From Thermoanaerobaculia bacterium (GTDB lineage: Bacteria > Acidobacteriota > Thermoanaerobaculia > UBA5066), in the NCBI GenBank assembly GCA_038245905.1, contig JBBRRY010000030.1:1-47782 (forward strand): 47,782 bases of DNA, read 5' to 3'. A model generated the notes under the pieces. The model saw nothing but the letters and a program-made list of their open reading frames with translations, had not been told where the DNA came from and did not search any database. The translations under genes and the position numbers were made by a program. Of the stretch, positions 31,485 to 43,500 are shown piece after piece (positions within the stretch are counted from its first letter, which is position 1; each line of letters opens with the position of its first letter).

Positions 31485-33211
31485 GCGCCCGCTTCCAGCC
31501 GCGGGAGCGCACGCGCGTCCGCGCCGCCGACGCGCTCGCCGCCGAGCTCGTGGCACAGGGCGTCACGCACATCTTCGGCCACCCGGGCGGCGCGTCGCTC
31601 CCGCTGTACGACGCGCTTCTCTCTTCGCCCATCACGCACCTCCTCATGCGGCACGAGCAGTGCGCGGCGCATGCCGCCCAGGGCTACGCGCGGGTCACGG
31701 GGCGGCCGGGCGTCTGCCTCGCGACCTCTGGCCCGGGCGCCACGAACCTCATCACCGGCCTCGCGGACGCGATGCTCGATTCGACGCCGGTCGTGGCGAT
31801 CACGGCCCAGGTCGCGACGCTGCTCCTCGGCCGCGACGGCTTCCAGGAAGCCGACATCCTCGGCATGACGGCGCCCGTCACGAAGCACAACTGGCTCGTC
31901 CTCGAGCCGCAGGAGCTGCCGGGAACCGTGCGCGAGGCCTTCCGCCTCGCGGCCTCCGGCCGGCCGGGCCCCGTCCTCGTGGACGTGCCGCGCGACGTCC
32001 TGCAGGCCGAGATCGACTGGGAGGAAGGAACTCCGACGGCGTCGCTTCCGCGTCGCGCCGACGCCGTGCAGCTCCGCAGGGCGGCCTTCGCGATCTCGAA
32101 CGCGAAGCGCCCGATCCTCTACGTCGGCGGCGGCGTGATCTCTTCAGGCGCGTCTCACGAAGTCCGCCGGCTCGCGAGAAAGACGCGCATTCCCGTGACG
32201 ACGACGCTCATGGGGAAGGGCGCCTATCCCGAGACGGACGCCCTGTCGGTCGGCATGCTCGGCATGCACGGCACGGCCTACGCGAACTGGGCGATGAACG
32301 GCAGCGATCTCATCATCGCGGTGGGCGCGCGCTTCGATGACCGCATCACGGGCAAGCTCGCGACGTTCGCGCCGCACGCGAAGGTCGTCCACATCGACAT
32401 CGACGAGGTCGAGATCGGCAAGATCCGCAAGGCCGACTTCCCGCTCCACGGCGACGCGCGGGCCGTGCTGCTGCAACTCCTTCCTCTCGTGGGCGCCCCC
32501 GACACGGCGGACTGGTGGAGACAGATCGAGGCGTGGAAGGCGGAGGCGCCCCTCCGGTACCGGCAGGAAGGCGACGTCATCCTTCCGCAGTTCGCGATCG
32601 AGAGCCTGTGGCGGCTGACGAAAGACCTCCGCCCGATCGTCACGACGGACGTCGGCCAGCATCAGATGTGGGCCGCGCAATTCTGGAAGAGCGACGAGCC
32701 CGGCACGTTCATCACCTCGGGCGGCCTCGGCACGATGGGCTTCGGATTGCCGGCCGCGCTCGGCGCGCAATGCGGGCGGCCCGACCGGCTCGTCATCAAC
32801 CTCAACGGCGACGGCAGCTTTCAGCAGACCATGCAGACGCTCGCGACCGCGGTCGAAGCCCGCCTGCCGCTCAAGATCATCGTCCTCGACAACCAGGGGC
32901 TCGGCATGGTGCGGCAGTGGCAGGACCTCTTCTACGACCGCCGCTTCTTCTCGGTGGCGCTCCGGAACCCCGACTTCGCGAAGCTCGCCGAGGCGTTCGG
33001 CGCCGCGGGCTTCACGGCGCGGCGGCCGGACGAGCTGGACGACGTTTACCGCCAGGCGCTCGCCGTGAACGACCGGCCCGCGCTCGTCCACGTTCACACC
33101 GAGCCGACCGAGAACTGCTTTCCCATGTGGCCGGCCGGCCAGTCGATCGACACGATGGTCGTCGAGGACCCGAAATACGCGGCGACGACAGGCAAAAAGG
33201 GAGAACGCTGA
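31481..33211 (+). CDS. ilvB: Acetolactate synthase large subunit
   Basis: [24 protein letters not shown] and GDG...N ThDP motif. GTGA overlap with ilvD. Confidence 0.96.
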   Translation: MSARFQPRERTRVRAADALAAELVAQGVTHIFGHPGGASLPLYDALLSSPITHLLMRHEQCAAHAAQGYARVTGRPGVCLATSGPGATNLITGLADAMLDSTPVVAITAQVATLLLGRDGFQEADILGMTAPVTKHNWLVLEPQELPGTVREAFRLAASGRPGPVLVDVPRDVLQAEIDWEEGTPTASLPRRADAVQLRRAAFAISNAKRPILYVGGGVISSGASHEVRRLARKTRIPVTTTLMGKGAYPETDALSVGMLGMHGTAYANWAMNGSDLIIAVGARFDDRITGKLATFAPHAKVVHIDIDEVEIGKIRKADFPLHGDARAVLLQLLPLVGAPDTADWWRQIEAWKAEAPLRYRQEGDVILPQFAIESLWRLTKDLRPIVTTDVGQHQMWAAQFWKSDEPGTFITSGGLGTMGFGLPAALGAQCGRPDRLVINLNGDGSFQQTMQTLATAVEARLPLKIIVLDNQGLGMVRQWQDLFYDRRFFSVALRNPDFAKLAEAFGAAGFTARRPDELDDVYRQALAVNDRPALVHVHTEPTENCFPMWPAGQSIDTMVVEDPKYAATTGKKGER

Positions 33212-33495
33212 TGGAACAGATCTTCGAGATCAGGATTCAGAACGTTCCTGGGATTCTGGCGCGGGTGGAGTCGATCTTCCGGCGGCAGCGCGCACCCATC
33301 AGGGGGATCTTCTTAGAAGGGGAAGAAGGATTGGCGGCGCGTCTCACGGTTGCGGCCGAAGCAGACGGCGAGGGCGCGGAGCTTCTGAGAAAGCAATTGA
33401 TGCGGCTCGTGGATGTGCAGGACGTTCGCGATTTCGCCGAGCAGCGGGCGCCCGCGTCCGAATCCTTCTTCACCTTCAAAGAAAAAACAGCCTGA
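33211..33495 (+). CDS. ilvN: Short ACT-domain acetolactate synthase small subunit (IlvN/IlvM-like)
   Basis: 94 aa, [15 protein letters not shown]...[14 protein letters not shown] coupling between ilvB and this gene; ilvC follows. Confidence 0.8.
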   Translation: MEQIFEIRIQNVPGILARVESIFRRQRAPIRGIFLEGEEGLAARLTVAAEADGEGAELLRKQLMRLVDVQDVRDFAEQRAPASESFFTFKEKTA

Positions 33496-33527
33496 CGCGA
33501 AGATCGAAGCAAGCAGGAGAGAGAGCT

Positions 33528-34541
33528 ATGGCGACAATCTGGTACGACAAGGACGCCGACATTTCCCGCCTCAAGGGGCGGACGGTCGCGATCATCGGAT
33601 ACGGAAGTCAGGGGCACGCGCATGCGCTGAACCTCAGGGACAGCGGTATCTCCGTGGTCGTTGGTCTCCACGCGACGTCGAAGTCGGCCGCGAAGGCGAA
33701 GGCGGAAGGGCTGACGGTGCTTTCCGTCGACGACGCGGCGAAGCGCGCCGACATCGTCATGATCCTGACGCCCGACACGGGCCAGAAGAAGCTCTGGGAC
33801 GAGTCGATCGCGCCGCACATGAAGGCCGGCAAGACCGTGATGTTCGGACACGGCTTCAACATCCGGTTCGGACAGATCGTCCCGCCCGCGGACGTGGACG
33901 TGTCGATGATCGCGCCGAAGGCGCCCGGCCACCGCGTGCGCGAGCTGTTCCGGGACGGCGAGGGCACGCCCGCGCTCCTCGCGATCGAGCAGAATGCGAG
34001 CGGCCACGCCCGCGAGGACGCTCTGTCTTACGCAAAGGCGCTCGGAGCCACGCGCGCGGGCGTTCTGGAAACGACGTTCGCCGAGGAGACGGAGACGGAC
34101 CTGTTCGGCGAGCAGGCCGTCCTCTGCGGTGGCACGGCCGCGCTCGTGAAGGCGGGATTTCAGACGCTCGTCGACGCGGGCTACCAGCCGGAGGTCGCGT
34201 ACTTCGAGTGCCTGCACGAGCTGAAGCTCATCGTCGACCTCATGTACCGCGGCGGCCTCAACTACATGCGCTATTCCATCAGCGACACGGCCGAGCACGG
34301 CGACTACACCGCCGGCCCCCGCATCGTCACCGAGGCGACGCGCGGCGAGATGAAGAAGATCCTCCAGGAGATCCAGGAGGGGACGTACGCCGAAAAGTGG
34401 ATCGACGAGAACCGCAACGGGCGCCCGTCGTTCGAGGCGACGCGCGAAAAGGAGAAGGGCCACCTCATCGAGAAGGTCGGCGCCGAGCTGCGCGCCCGGA
34501 TGCCGTTCCTGAATCCCGTCGTCGTCGACAAGGTGGCCTGA
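33528..34541 (+). CDS. ilvC: Ketol-acid reductoisomerase (class I)
   Basis: [21 protein letters not shown] and SISDTAE motifs. Confidence 0.97.
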   Translation: MATIWYDKDADISRLKGRTVAIIGYGSQGHAHALNLRDSGISVVVGLHATSKSAAKAKAEGLTVLSVDDAAKRADIVMILTPDTGQKKLWDESIAPHMKAGKTVMFGHGFNIRFGQIVPPADVDVSMIAPKAPGHRVRELFRDGEGTPALLAIEQNASGHAREDALSYAKALGATRAGVLETTFAEETETDLFGEQAVLCGGTAALVKAGFQTLVDAGYQPEVAYFECLHELKLIVDLMYRGGLNYMRYSISDTAEHGDYTAGPRIVTEATRGEMKKILQEIQEGTYAEKWIDENRNGRPSFEATREKEKGHLIEKVGAELRARMPFLNPVVVDKVA

Positions 34542-34542
34542 G

Positions 34543-35802
34543 ATGGAAAGCGACGTTCCGGCCCGCATCACGATTTTCGACACGACGCTCCGCGACGGCG
34601 AGCAGGCCCCCGGCTTCTCGATGCGCGAGGCCGAGAAGGTGCGTCTCGCCCGGAAGCTCGATTCCCTCGGCGTTGACGTGATGGAAGCGGGCTTCCCGTT
34701 CGCTTCCGAGGACGATTTCAACTCCGTGCGCGCGGTCGCGCGCGAAGTGCGGCGCCCGATCGTCGCGGCGCTCGCCCGTTCCGTGGACGCGGACATCGAC
34801 CGCGCGGCCCAGGCCCTGGAGGGCGCCGCCCGGCCGCGGATCCACACGTTCATCGCGACGTCGGATCTCCATCTCGAGCACAAGCTCAGGATGTCGCGCG
34901 CCGAGTGCCTCGACCAGGCCGCCGGCGCCATCCGGCGCGCCCGCCGCTACGTGAACGACGTGGAGTTCTCGGCCGAGGACGCGACGCGCAGCGACCCGGA
35001 CTTCCTCGTGGCCGTCGTCGAAGCCGTCATCGACGCGGGCGCCACGACCGTGAACCTTCCGGACACGGTCGGCTACGCCACGCCCGACGAGATCGTCCGT
35101 TTCTTCCAGACCGTGCGGGCGCGCGTCCGGGGGTCGGATCGCGTCGTCTTCTCGGCGCACTGCCACAACGACCTCGGGCTCGCCGTCGCGAACAGCCTCG
35201 CGGCTCTGGAGGGAGGCTGCCGCCAGCTCGAGTGCACGGTGAACGGCATCGGCGAGCGTGCGGGGAACGCCTCGCTCGAGGAGATCGTCATGACGCTGAA
35301 AGTGCGGCCCGACAAGCTCCCGTTCACGACGGGAATCGTCACGACCGAGCTCTTCTCGTCGAGCCAGCTTCTCGGGCAGATCACGGGCGAGCCGGTGCAG
35401 TCGAACAAGGCGATCGTGGGGCGGAACGCGTTCGCGCACGAGGCCGGCATCCACCAGGACGGCATCCTCAAGGACCGGCGGACGTACGAGATCATGCGGC
35501 CGGAGGACGTGGGCGTGCCGGAGACGACGTTCGTCCTCGGCAAGCACTCGGGGCGCCACGCGCTGATGAATCGCTGCTCGGCGATCCGGATCGAGCCGAC
35601 ACGTCACGAGCTGGACGAGCTCTACAAGCGCATGATCGCGCTCGCGGACCGGAAGAAAATCGTGAGAGACCACGACCTTCTCGAGCTCTGGGGGCAGATG
35701 AAGCGCGCCGCATCGCGCGCGACGGCGCCCGCTCCGGCCGCATTCGCGTTCCGTGACGAAGCGCATCCCGCCGACGAAGCGGGCTACGGGCATGGGGTCT
35801 GA
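34543..35802 (+). CDS. leuA: 2-isopropylmalate synthase, short form lacking the C-terminal regulatory domain
   Basis: [31 protein letters not shown] and LGKHSG motifs. Only 419 aa. Confidence 0.93.
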   Translation: MESDVPARITIFDTTLRDGEQAPGFSMREAEKVRLARKLDSLGVDVMEAGFPFASEDDFNSVRAVAREVRRPIVAALARSVDADIDRAAQALEGAARPRIHTFIATSDLHLEHKLRMSRAECLDQAAGAIRRARRYVNDVEFSAEDATRSDPDFLVAVVEAVIDAGATTVNLPDTVGYATPDEIVRFFQTVRARVRGSDRVVFSAHCHNDLGLAVANSLAALEGGCRQLECTVNGIGERAGNASLEEIVMTLKVRPDKLPFTTGIVTTELFSSSQLLGQITGEPVQSNKAIVGRNAFAHEAGIHQDGILKDRRTYEIMRPEDVGVPETTFVLGKHSGRHALMNRCSAIRIEPTRHELDELYKRMIALADRKKIVRDHDLLELWGQMKRAASRATAPAPAAFAFRDEAHPADEAGYGHGV

Positions 35803-36910
35803 CGTGGGGCGACGTGCGCGGATCGCGGTCCTCCCGGGCGACGGGATCGGGCCGGAGGTCACGGCCGCGGCGGTATCGGTCCTGAAGGCCGTGGCCGCGC
35901 GGTTCGGGCACGACTTCGTCCTGACGGAGTGGCCGATCGGCGCGCACGCGCTGCGCGAAAAGGGGAGCCCGCTCCCCGAGGACACTCTCGCGGCGTGCCG
36001 CGACGCGGACGCCGTTCTCATGGGCGCGGTCGGCGACCCCGCGTACGACCTCTCGCCCTTCGACGAGCGGCCCGAGTACGGGCTCCTCCAGCTCCGGAAA
36101 TCGCTCTCGGTCTACGCGAACATCCGGCCCGCGCGGCTCTACAAGGCGCTCGCGGACGCGGGGCCGCTGAAGCCCGAGATCGCGCGCGGCCTCGACCTCG
36201 TCGTCGTAAGGGAGCTGACGGGCGGCCTCTATTTCGGGACGCCCCGTTCGATCGACCTCGCGGCGGGGACGGCCGTGAACACGCTGCCGTACACGCGCCC
36301 CGAGATCGACCGGATCCTCGAGAAGGCGTTCCGTCTCGCGAAGACGCGGCGGAACAAGGTCACGTCCGTCGACAAGTCCAACGTCCTCGAGACCTCGCGC
36401 CTCTGGCGCGCGGTTGCGATCGAGGCCGGCAAGCGCCACCCGGAAGTCACCCTCGAGCACCAGCTCGTGGATTCCTGCGCCATGAACCTCATCCTCTTCC
36501 CCTCTTCGTTCGACGTCGTCGTCACGGAGAACCTCTTCGGAGACATCCTCTCGGACGAAGTCGGCGCGCTCGTCGGCTCGCTGGGGCTCCTGCCATCGGC
36601 AAGCCTCGGCGACGGGCCGGGGCTCTTCGAGCCAGTCCACGGCTCGGCCCCGCAGATCGCGGGGAAGGACGTCGCGAATCCGATCGGCGCGATCGCGACG
36701 GTCGCGATGCTGCTCGGGGACGGGCTCGGCCTTCAGGAAGAGGCCGCCGCGGTCCATCGGGCGATCGAGGCCGCGCTCGACAAGGGCGCGCGGACGGTGG
36801 ATCTCCTGCCGCGCGGGACTCGAACCGCTTCAGCGCTCGGGACGCGTGAGATGGCACGCGCGATCGCGGACGGGATTCCGGCCACGAACTCTGTGCGTGT
36901 GACGGTCTGA
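35792..36910 (+). CDS. leuB: 3-isopropylmalate dehydrogenase
   Basis: [28 protein letters not shown] and EPVHGSAP motifs. Confidence 0.96.
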   Translation: MGSDVGRRARIAVLPGDGIGPEVTAAAVSVLKAVAARFGHDFVLTEWPIGAHALREKGSPLPEDTLAACRDADAVLMGAVGDPAYDLSPFDERPEYGLLQLRKSLSVYANIRPARLYKALADAGPLKPEIARGLDLVVVRELTGGLYFGTPRSIDLAAGTAVNTLPYTRPEIDRILEKAFRLAKTRRNKVTSVDKSNVLETSRLWRAVAIEAGKRHPEVTLEHQLVDSCAMNLILFPSSFDVVVTENLFGDILSDEVGALVGSLGLLPSASLGDGPGLFEPVHGSAPQIAGKDVANPIGAIATVAMLLGDGLGLQEEAAAVHRAIEAALDKGARTVDLLPRGTRTASALGTREMARAIADGIPATNSVRVTV

Positions 36911-36924
36911 AAGTGGAGGCTGAA

Positions 36925-37902
36925 ATGCAGTCGAAGGCGGGAATGCAGGCGAAGACGGGGATGGAATCGAAGACCATCTGGCTGAACGGGGAGTTCGTCG
37001 ACTACGAGAAGGCGACGGTCCATTTTCTGACGCCCGGCCTGCACTACGGGATCGGCGTGTTCGAGGGCATCCGCTGTTACGAGACGGACCGGGGACCTTC
37101 GATCTTCAGGCTCGACGAGCACATCGCCCGCTTTCGCCAGTCCGCGAAGGCCCTCGGCTTCGACAGCCTCCCGTGCACGGAGGAAGAGCTCGTGGAGGCC
37201 ACACTCGGCGTGGTGGAGCGCAACGGATTCACGGAGTGCTACATCCGCCCCCTCCTCTACCTCGACGCGGGCGGCTGGAACCTGAACCTCGACGGCGGCA
37301 AGCCCACGATCGGCATCGCGGCCTGGAAGTGGGGCGCGTACCTGGGTGCCGACGCTCTCGAGAAGGGCGTGCGGGCAAACGTCTCGTCGTTCACGCGCCA
37401 CCACCCGAACGTCTCGATGACGAAGGCGAAAGTGATCGGCAACTACGCGAACAGCTTCCTCGCGAAGACCGAGTCCGTGCGGCTGGGCTTCGACGAGGCG
37501 ATCATGCTCGACCCGCAGGGCTACGTCGCCGAGTGCACGGGCGAGAACCTGTTCCTCGTGAAGGACGGGCAAATCGTCACGGCGCCTTCGGCCGCCATCC
37601 TCGAGGGCATCACGCGCGACGCGCTCATCACGTTCGCAAGGGATCGCGGCTTCCCGGTCGGCGAGCGCCCGATCTCCCGCGACCAGCTCTACACCGCGGA
37701 CGAGGTTTTCGTGTGCGGAACCGCCGCCGAGTGCATCGCGCTCCGGGAGATCGACTTCCGCACGATCGGGGATGGCGTCGCCGGGCCCGTGACGCGTGTG
37801 CTCCAGAAGGACTTCCACGCGGCTGTCCGCGGCGCCCACCCGCGCTCGAAGGACTGGTGCACGTTCGTGAAGGGCGCCGAGGAAGAGCGCAAGTCGGCTT
37901 AG
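36925..37902 (+). CDS. ilvE: Branched-chain amino acid aminotransferase
   Basis: LHYGIGVFEGIR, KAK...NY, ECTGENLF, LEGITR and GTAAE motifs. GGAGG RBS before ATG 36925. Confidence 0.96.
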   Translation: MQSKAGMQAKTGMESKTIWLNGEFVDYEKATVHFLTPGLHYGIGVFEGIRCYETDRGPSIFRLDEHIARFRQSAKALGFDSLPCTEEELVEATLGVVERNGFTECYIRPLLYLDAGGWNLNLDGGKPTIGIAAWKWGAYLGADALEKGVRANVSSFTRHHPNVSMTKAKVIGNYANSFLAKTESVRLGFDEAIMLDPQGYVAECTGENLFLVKDGQIVTAPSAAILEGITRDALITFARDRGFPVGERPISRDQLYTADEVFVCGTAAECIALREIDFRTIGDGVAGPVTRVLQKDFHAAVRGAHPRSKDWCTFVKGAEEERKSA

Positions 37903-38047
37903 TCGGTCCTCACCGCATCTGGGCGGCGAGACCGTAGAATCGGGCCGGAGACACTTCATTAGAGCGCTGATTCCGCCTCAGCCGCCTCGGCTCACATGGT
38001 GCATCTGAATCGTGGCCCGCGCGTGGATGCCCGTTTAGTCTCGGGGC

Positions 38048-38311
38048 ATGGAATCTCCCGTCGACGAGCGCGCTCCCGTTTTCGGCCACGACCTGCTCTT
38101 GCTCCTCCAGAAGATGGGAGGGAGGGTACGAGCCGAGGATCTCCGCAACGCGGCCGCGGGCGCATTCGGCGAGGACGCCGTATACGCGAACTGTCACGGC
38201 GCCCGCTTCTCGTTCGACGAGGTCCTCGCGTTCTTCGCCTCGAAGGGCAAGCTCGAGCATCTCGACGACGAGGTCTTCCTCGGGTCTGTTCCCGCCTGCT
38301 CCGGCCACTGA
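38048..38311 (+). CDS. YecH/DUF2492-like putative metal-binding protein
   Basis: GHDLL...FGEDAVYANC...FFASKGK...ACSGH pattern. Confidence 0.78.
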   Translation: MESPVDERAPVFGHDLLLLLQKMGGRVRAEDLRNAAAGAFGEDAVYANCHGARFSFDEVLAFFASKGKLEHLDDEVFLGSVPACSGH

Positions 38312-38312
38312 A

Positions 38313-39995
38313 TCAGGGAGAACGTCGGGCCGCGCCGGGCACGGCAAGCGCGGCAACAGCCACCTTGCCGTGGAGAATCTCGCCGGCCTTGACCTGCGCC
38401 TGACGGGACATGTCGATCGACTCGCCGAGGATCCGGGCCATCTCCTGCGGAGCGTGGAAGCCCATTGAATTTTCAGCAGCCACGGTGTCGAGGCGCCACT
38501 GCGCGGCCCGCTGCAGCTCGCCCAGCTCCTTGATCGCCGGGTCCTTCTCCACGATCGCGCGCCACGAGGCCAGCAGGTTCGCCTTCGTCTCGGCGGCCAG
38601 CTTCTTCTCCTGGTCCTCCTTGCCGAGCTTCTGGAAGTCCGCGCTCTTCTCCAGTGAATCCTTCGCCTTCGCGGCGGCGCCCGCGCGGTTCTGGTCGTCG
38701 TAAGGCTTCCGCACGGCCACGATGGCGTCGATCATCGCGACCGCCGCCTGGCCCGCCCGCGACATGAGGGCGAAGTGACGATCCTGGATCGCCTCGACCC
38801 GGCCCTTCAGCTCCTCGTCGCTGTAGGGGTGGCAGGTCGCGCAGGAGCGGTTGACCGAGAGGAGCGGGCTGCCGACCCAGTGCTCCGAGATCTTCTGGGC
38901 GCCGTCGCGCTTGTAGGGCATGTGGCAGTCGGCGCAGGCCACGCCGCTTCTCGCGTGAATGCCCTGGCTCCACATCTCGAACTCGGGGTGCTGGGCCTTC
39001 AAGACCTCCATGCCGGTCTCGGCGTGCGTCCAGTCCTTGAAACGCTGCCCCTTCACCTGCATGCCGTCGTAGAGGTGCTCCATCTCCTCGACCTTGAGCC
39101 CCTCGGCCCACGGGAAGAAAACGGTCGTGCCCTTGCCGCAGAAATACTCCACGTGGCACTGGCCGCAGACGTAGGAGCGCTTCTCCTGGCGGCTCGCGTC
39201 CACGTTCGGATCGTAGGCGCGTGCGCGGCCGGTCTTGCGCCAGCGCTCGATGCTCGGGAGATGCGGCACCTCGGCGGTGGAAGAGGCCAGCTTCTGGATG
39301 GCGGTGATGAAGGCCGGCCGGGTGATGCGCAGCTCCATCGATCCGGGGACGTGGCAGTCGACGCACGAGACCGGATGGGCCTTGCCGCCGGTGAGCTGTT
39401 CCAGCTGCTTGTGGGTGTCCCAGTAGCTGAGCTCGCTGACCGCCGCCAGGCCCTTCTGGATCTGCTCGGCCTCGCTCGCTTGAGGCGCGGCTTCCTTCCC
39501 GAGCTTCCGGTAGAGCGGCATGATCGAGGCGTGGCAGTGCATGCAGTTGCCCGACTGCTTGTTCTCGGCGGGCACGTTGCGCTTCGTGTTCTCCTGGTCG
39601 AAGAGCATGAAGGCGTGGCCGCGGCGGTCGCGGTAGTCGACCGCGAACAGGTACCCGGCGAAGATCCGTGACAGCCACGGGTCACGCGCGGCCTTCTGGG
39701 GCGGCACGACGCCCTCGGCCCCGCCCCACCCGCCGCCGTACTTCGTGTGGGTCGGCTCGGACGTGCGCTTGTAGCCGTCGAACTCGCGCGGCCAGTTCGT
39801 GCCCCACTTGGCCGGGTCCACGTCGTTCTCCGTCACCTCGACGAGCTTGACGTAGGAGTTCTTCGCTTCCTGCTTTCGCTGGGCGATGTTGACGAGCAGG
39901 GCGGCCACTCCGAGGGCCCCGAGGGCAAAGGCGGCTGCGACGAGGGTGATGAGCAGCCCGCGCTTCTTCGGGGGGGCCGGGTTCTCTGCGGACAT
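38313..39995 (-). CDS. nrfA: Pentaheme ammonia-forming cytochrome c nitrite reductase (CXXCH active-site type)
   Basis: Five heme motifs CMHCH, CVDCH, CGQCH(VEY), CADCH and CATCH, plus KAQHPEFE and [17 protein letters not shown]. Confidence 0.93.
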   Translation of the reverse strand: MSAENPAPPKKRGLLITLVAAAFALGALGVAALLVNIAQRKQEAKNSYVKLVEVTENDVDPAKWGTNWPREFDGYKRTSEPTHTKYGGGWGGAEGVVPPQKAARDPWLSRIFAGYLFAVDYRDRRGHAFMLFDQENTKRNVPAENKQSGNCMHCHASIMPLYRKLGKEAAPQASEAEQIQKGLAAVSELSYWDTHKQLEQLTGGKAHPVSCVDCHVPGSMELRITRPAFITAIQKLASSTAEVPHLPSIERWRKTGRARAYDPNVDASRQEKRSYVCGQCHVEYFCGKGTTVFFPWAEGLKVEEMEHLYDGMQVKGQRFKDWTHAETGMEVLKAQHPEFEMWSQGIHARSGVACADCHMPYKRDGAQKISEHWVGSPLLSVNRSCATCHPYSDEELKGRVEAIQDRHFALMSRAGQAAVAMIDAIVAVRKPYDDQNRAGAAAKAKDSLEKSADFQKLGKEDQEKKLAAETKANLLASWRAIVEKDPAIKELGELQRAAQWRLDTVAAENSMGFHAPQEMARILGESIDMSRQAQVKAGEILHGKVAVAALAVPGAARRSP

Positions 39996-40036
39996 GAGGT
40001 GCTCCTTCTTGGGCGTTGTGGCGTCGGAGATGGTGC

Positions 40037-40495
40037 TCAGCGGGCGTGGCCGACAGAAGCGTGGCAGCGGACGCAGGAGACGTCGCCGCCATGCGTTATC
40101 GAATCCACTAGCTCGGAGTGGCAGCGGCGGCAGTTGGCCTCGACGACTGCCGAGCTTTCGGGCCGGGCCCGGATGACGTCCGGATAGCCGCCGAGCGTGA
40201 AGGCGAGGGAGTGGTGCCAGCCGTTCAGGGCCTTGACGACGTATTTCGAGATCAGGCCGTCCGGCGTGTGGCAGTCGTTGCAGGTCGCGACGTTGTGATG
40301 AGGAGCGGTCTGCCAGCCGGCGTAGTGCGCGCTCATCGCGTGACAGTTGTTGCACGTGGCGGGATCGTTCCCCATGTAGGAAGAGCCCTTCGCGTAGTAG
40401 AAGGCGTAGCCCGCCATCCCGAATGCGAGGCCGGCCGCGGCGGCTGCGAGCGTCAACGCGACCCCAACGAGAGAAAAGCCGCGGCTCGTCGTCAT
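40037..40495 (-). CDS. nrfH: Tetraheme cytochrome c nitrite reductase small subunit (quinol dehydrogenase)
   Basis: One TM segment; CNNCHAM, CNDCH, CRRCH and CVRCH motifs. Confidence 0.93.
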   Translation of the reverse strand: MTTSRGFSLVGVALTLAAAAAGLAFGMAGYAFYYAKGSSYMGNDPATCNNCHAMSAHYAGWQTAPHHNVATCNDCHTPDGLISKYVVKALNGWHHSLAFTLGGYPDVIRARPESSAVVEANCRRCHSELVDSITHGGDVSCVRCHASVGHAR

Positions 40496-40514
40496 GAACG
40501 CCCTGAATCCACGG

Positions 40515-43500
40515 TCACGGACGGAATCCGTTCGCGACGAGAGGCTTCGCGTTCGTCTGGGGCACGTGGCAGGCCGTGCAGACGTACCGGCTGCCCGCGA
40601 TCTCGGCGCGCTTCACGGCCGGAGCGTTTCTAAGGTCGACGTAGTGGCTCGCCGGGATTGGCACGGGGCCGCCGGGCTCGGGCTTGTCGAGGGCGTGGCA
40701 CGTCAGGCACGCGTTGTCGGCCCTGGTGATCGGGAGGATGCCGTCGACCGTGTGCGGAATGAGCGGCGGTGCGGAGGCGAACAGGCGCGGAAGGAGCTTG
40801 CCGTCGCCGGGGTCCTTCGTCACGTACTCGTAGGATTTCGGGGCGGGGACGCCCGTGACGGCGGATTTTTCGAGGCCGAGCGTCTTGTCGGCAACGCCCT
40901 TCGTCTCCCCGGCCCCCGCGCCCGCCGTGAAGAAGAACGCGAAGAGGGCCGCGGCCACGACTTTCGTGACCTTCACGGCGCACTTCTTGAAATCGGTTTG
41001 CTTCGAGATCGGGCACGTGGCGTCGAGGGTGATCTTGTTGATGAGGATCGACTCGTCGAACCAGGGAACGTACACGAGGCCGCGCGGCGTCCTGTAGCGG
41101 CCGGCCGTCTCCACGGCCACCTGGATCTTCCCGCGGCGCGACTCGATCCAGGCGACGTCGTTCCGCTTGAGGCCGCGCTGGGCGGCGTCTTTCTCGTGCA
41201 TGTAGAGGAGCGCGGCCGGCATGGCCGCGTGGAGCTCCGGAACACGCCGCGTCATCGTCCCCGAGTGCCAGTGCTCCAAGACACGGCCCGTAGAGAGCCA
41301 CAGGTCGTACACGGCGTCCGGGATCTCGGGCGGCGCCGCGTACGGGCGGAAGAAAATCTTCGCCTTGCCCGCGAGGGCGACTTTCGCGGGATCCGTGACC
41401 TTCTCGAGGTCTCCCTTCGGGAGCGCCTTCATGGCCTTCCCGTAGAAGTCGAAGCCGCTGCCCTTTCTCGCGTAGGGGTCGTAGGCTTCGTTGAAGCGCC
41501 AGAGCGTCTCCTTGCCGTCGACGACCGGCCACCTAAGGCCGCGCACGTCGTCCGCCATGTAGCGGTCGAAGGGCGCGAGATCGTGCCCGTGCCCGCGCCC
41601 GAAGCCGGCGTACTCCTCGAAGAGGGCCTTCTCGGGGAACCACGCGGCGCCGAGCTGGGCGGCGGTCGCGTTTGCGTGTCCCTTCGCGACGGGATCCGGC
41701 CAGAGCACCTTCTTGTTCGCGGGCGTGGCGAAAAGAACGTCGTAGAGCGTGCTGTCGGGCGAGTGGCCGAGCGCCGCGGCGCCTTCGAGGATCGAGGGGA
41801 GCCTTCCGTCCGTGAAGCCCTCGGCCTTCAGGCCCGGGAGAGGCTGCTCGCCCCAGACCTCGCGCAGCTTGAACCGCTTCGAGAACTCGAGAATCTGCCA
41901 GAGGTCGGTCTTCGCGTCGCCCGGCGCGGGGACCTGCTGCCGCCAGAGCTGCGTGCGGCGCTCGGAGTTGCCGTAGCCGCCCCATTTCTCGAAAATCATC
42001 GCGCTCGGCAGGATCAGGTCGGACACCTTCGCGCTGATACCCGGGTAGGCGTCCGACGTGACGAGGAACGTGCCCGGCTGCCGCGCGGCGGCGAGCCAGT
42101 GGTTGTTGTTCGCGGTGGACTGAAACGGGTTCGTGACCTGGATCCAGAGCCACTTGAGCTTCCCGTCCTCGAGGTCCCGCATCATTTCTGTGATGTGGCT
42201 CCCGACCTTCGGGTTGATCGTCTTCTGCGGGAGCTTCCAGTGCTCCTCGGCGTGGGCGCGGTGCTCGGGATTGTCGACCGTCATGTCGGCCGGGAGGCGG
42301 TGCGCGAACGTGCCGACTTCGCGCGCGGTGCCGCACGCGGACGGCTGGCCTGTGAGCGAGAAGGCGCCGCTGCCCGGCTTCGCCTGCTTGCCCGTGAGGA
42401 GGTGGACCATGTACGCCTGCTCGTTCACCCACGTCCCGCGCGTGTGCTGGTTGAAGCCCATCGTCCAGTACGACACGGCCTTGCGCTTCGGGTCGGCGTA
42501 GAGGTTGGCCAGCTCCTTGAGCTTTCGCTTGTGCTCTTCGAGCGGCTCGTCCGCGTCGCCCCTCGTGAGGCTGGCGACGAAGTCGAGCGTGTAGGGCTCG
42601 ACGGCCTTCTTGAAGTCCTCGAAGGTGATGAGCCAGTGGGCAGCCGCTCCGGCGGCGTCCTTCTGCGGGCGCGTATGCGTGACGGAGGGGTCGAGGCCGC
42701 GGCCGATCGCCTCCTCCTTCGTGAGGACGACGGTGCGCTGATGGCTTCGCGTGTCCTTCTCGGAGTCGAGGGCGTGGTCTTCGCCGGGGCGCATCCCGAA
42801 GCCGATGTCGGCGGGGCCAGTCGCGAAGACGCAGTGCTTCTCGACGAAGTCCTTGTCGACAGCGCCGCGCAGGACGATCTCTCTCGCGATGTAGTTCCAG
42901 ATCGCGAGGTCCGTGTTCGGCTTGAAGACGATCTCGGTGTCCGCGCCGGCCGACGTGGGCGTCGTGTACGTCGTGAGGTTGAAGATCCGATACTCGGGGC
43001 GCGCGAGGCGGGCGTCGACGATGCGCGACCAGAGGATCGGGTGCATCTCGGCCATGTTCGCGCCCCACGTCACCACGGCGTCCGTCTTCTCGATGTCGTC
43101 GTAGCAGCCCGAGGGCTCGTCGATGCCGAACGTCTGCATGAAGCCGGTGACGGCCGAGGCCATGCAGTGCCGGGCGTTCGGGTCGAGGTTGTTGCTGCGC
43201 CAGCCCGCCTTCACGAGCTTCGCGGCCGCATAGCCCTCCATGATCGTGTACTGGCCGGAGCCCATCACGCCCACGCCGCTCGGGCCGAGCTCCGCATGAA
43301 CCCTCTTGAACTGAGCTTCCATCTCCTGGAACGCGCGCTCCCAGCTCACGGGGAAGAAGTCGCCGTTCTTGTCGAACTTCCCGTCCTTCATGCGGAGGAG
43401 GGGCTTCGTGAGGCGGTCCTCGCCATAGAGGATCTTCGCGTTCGCGTAGCCCTTTATGCAGAGGAGGCCGCGGTTCACGGGCGCGTCCGGGTCACCCTTC

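Noticed and set aside
29636-33211. Apparent 1191-aa IlvB with a long N-terminal extension; likewise extended tracks for mscS (to 5615), GNAT (5913), antiporter (6461), leuD (27311) and nrfA (40355)
   Set aside because: The extensions are Arg/Pro/Gly-rich off-frame readings of the upstream genes. Real starts lie at stop/start overlaps or after an RBS.
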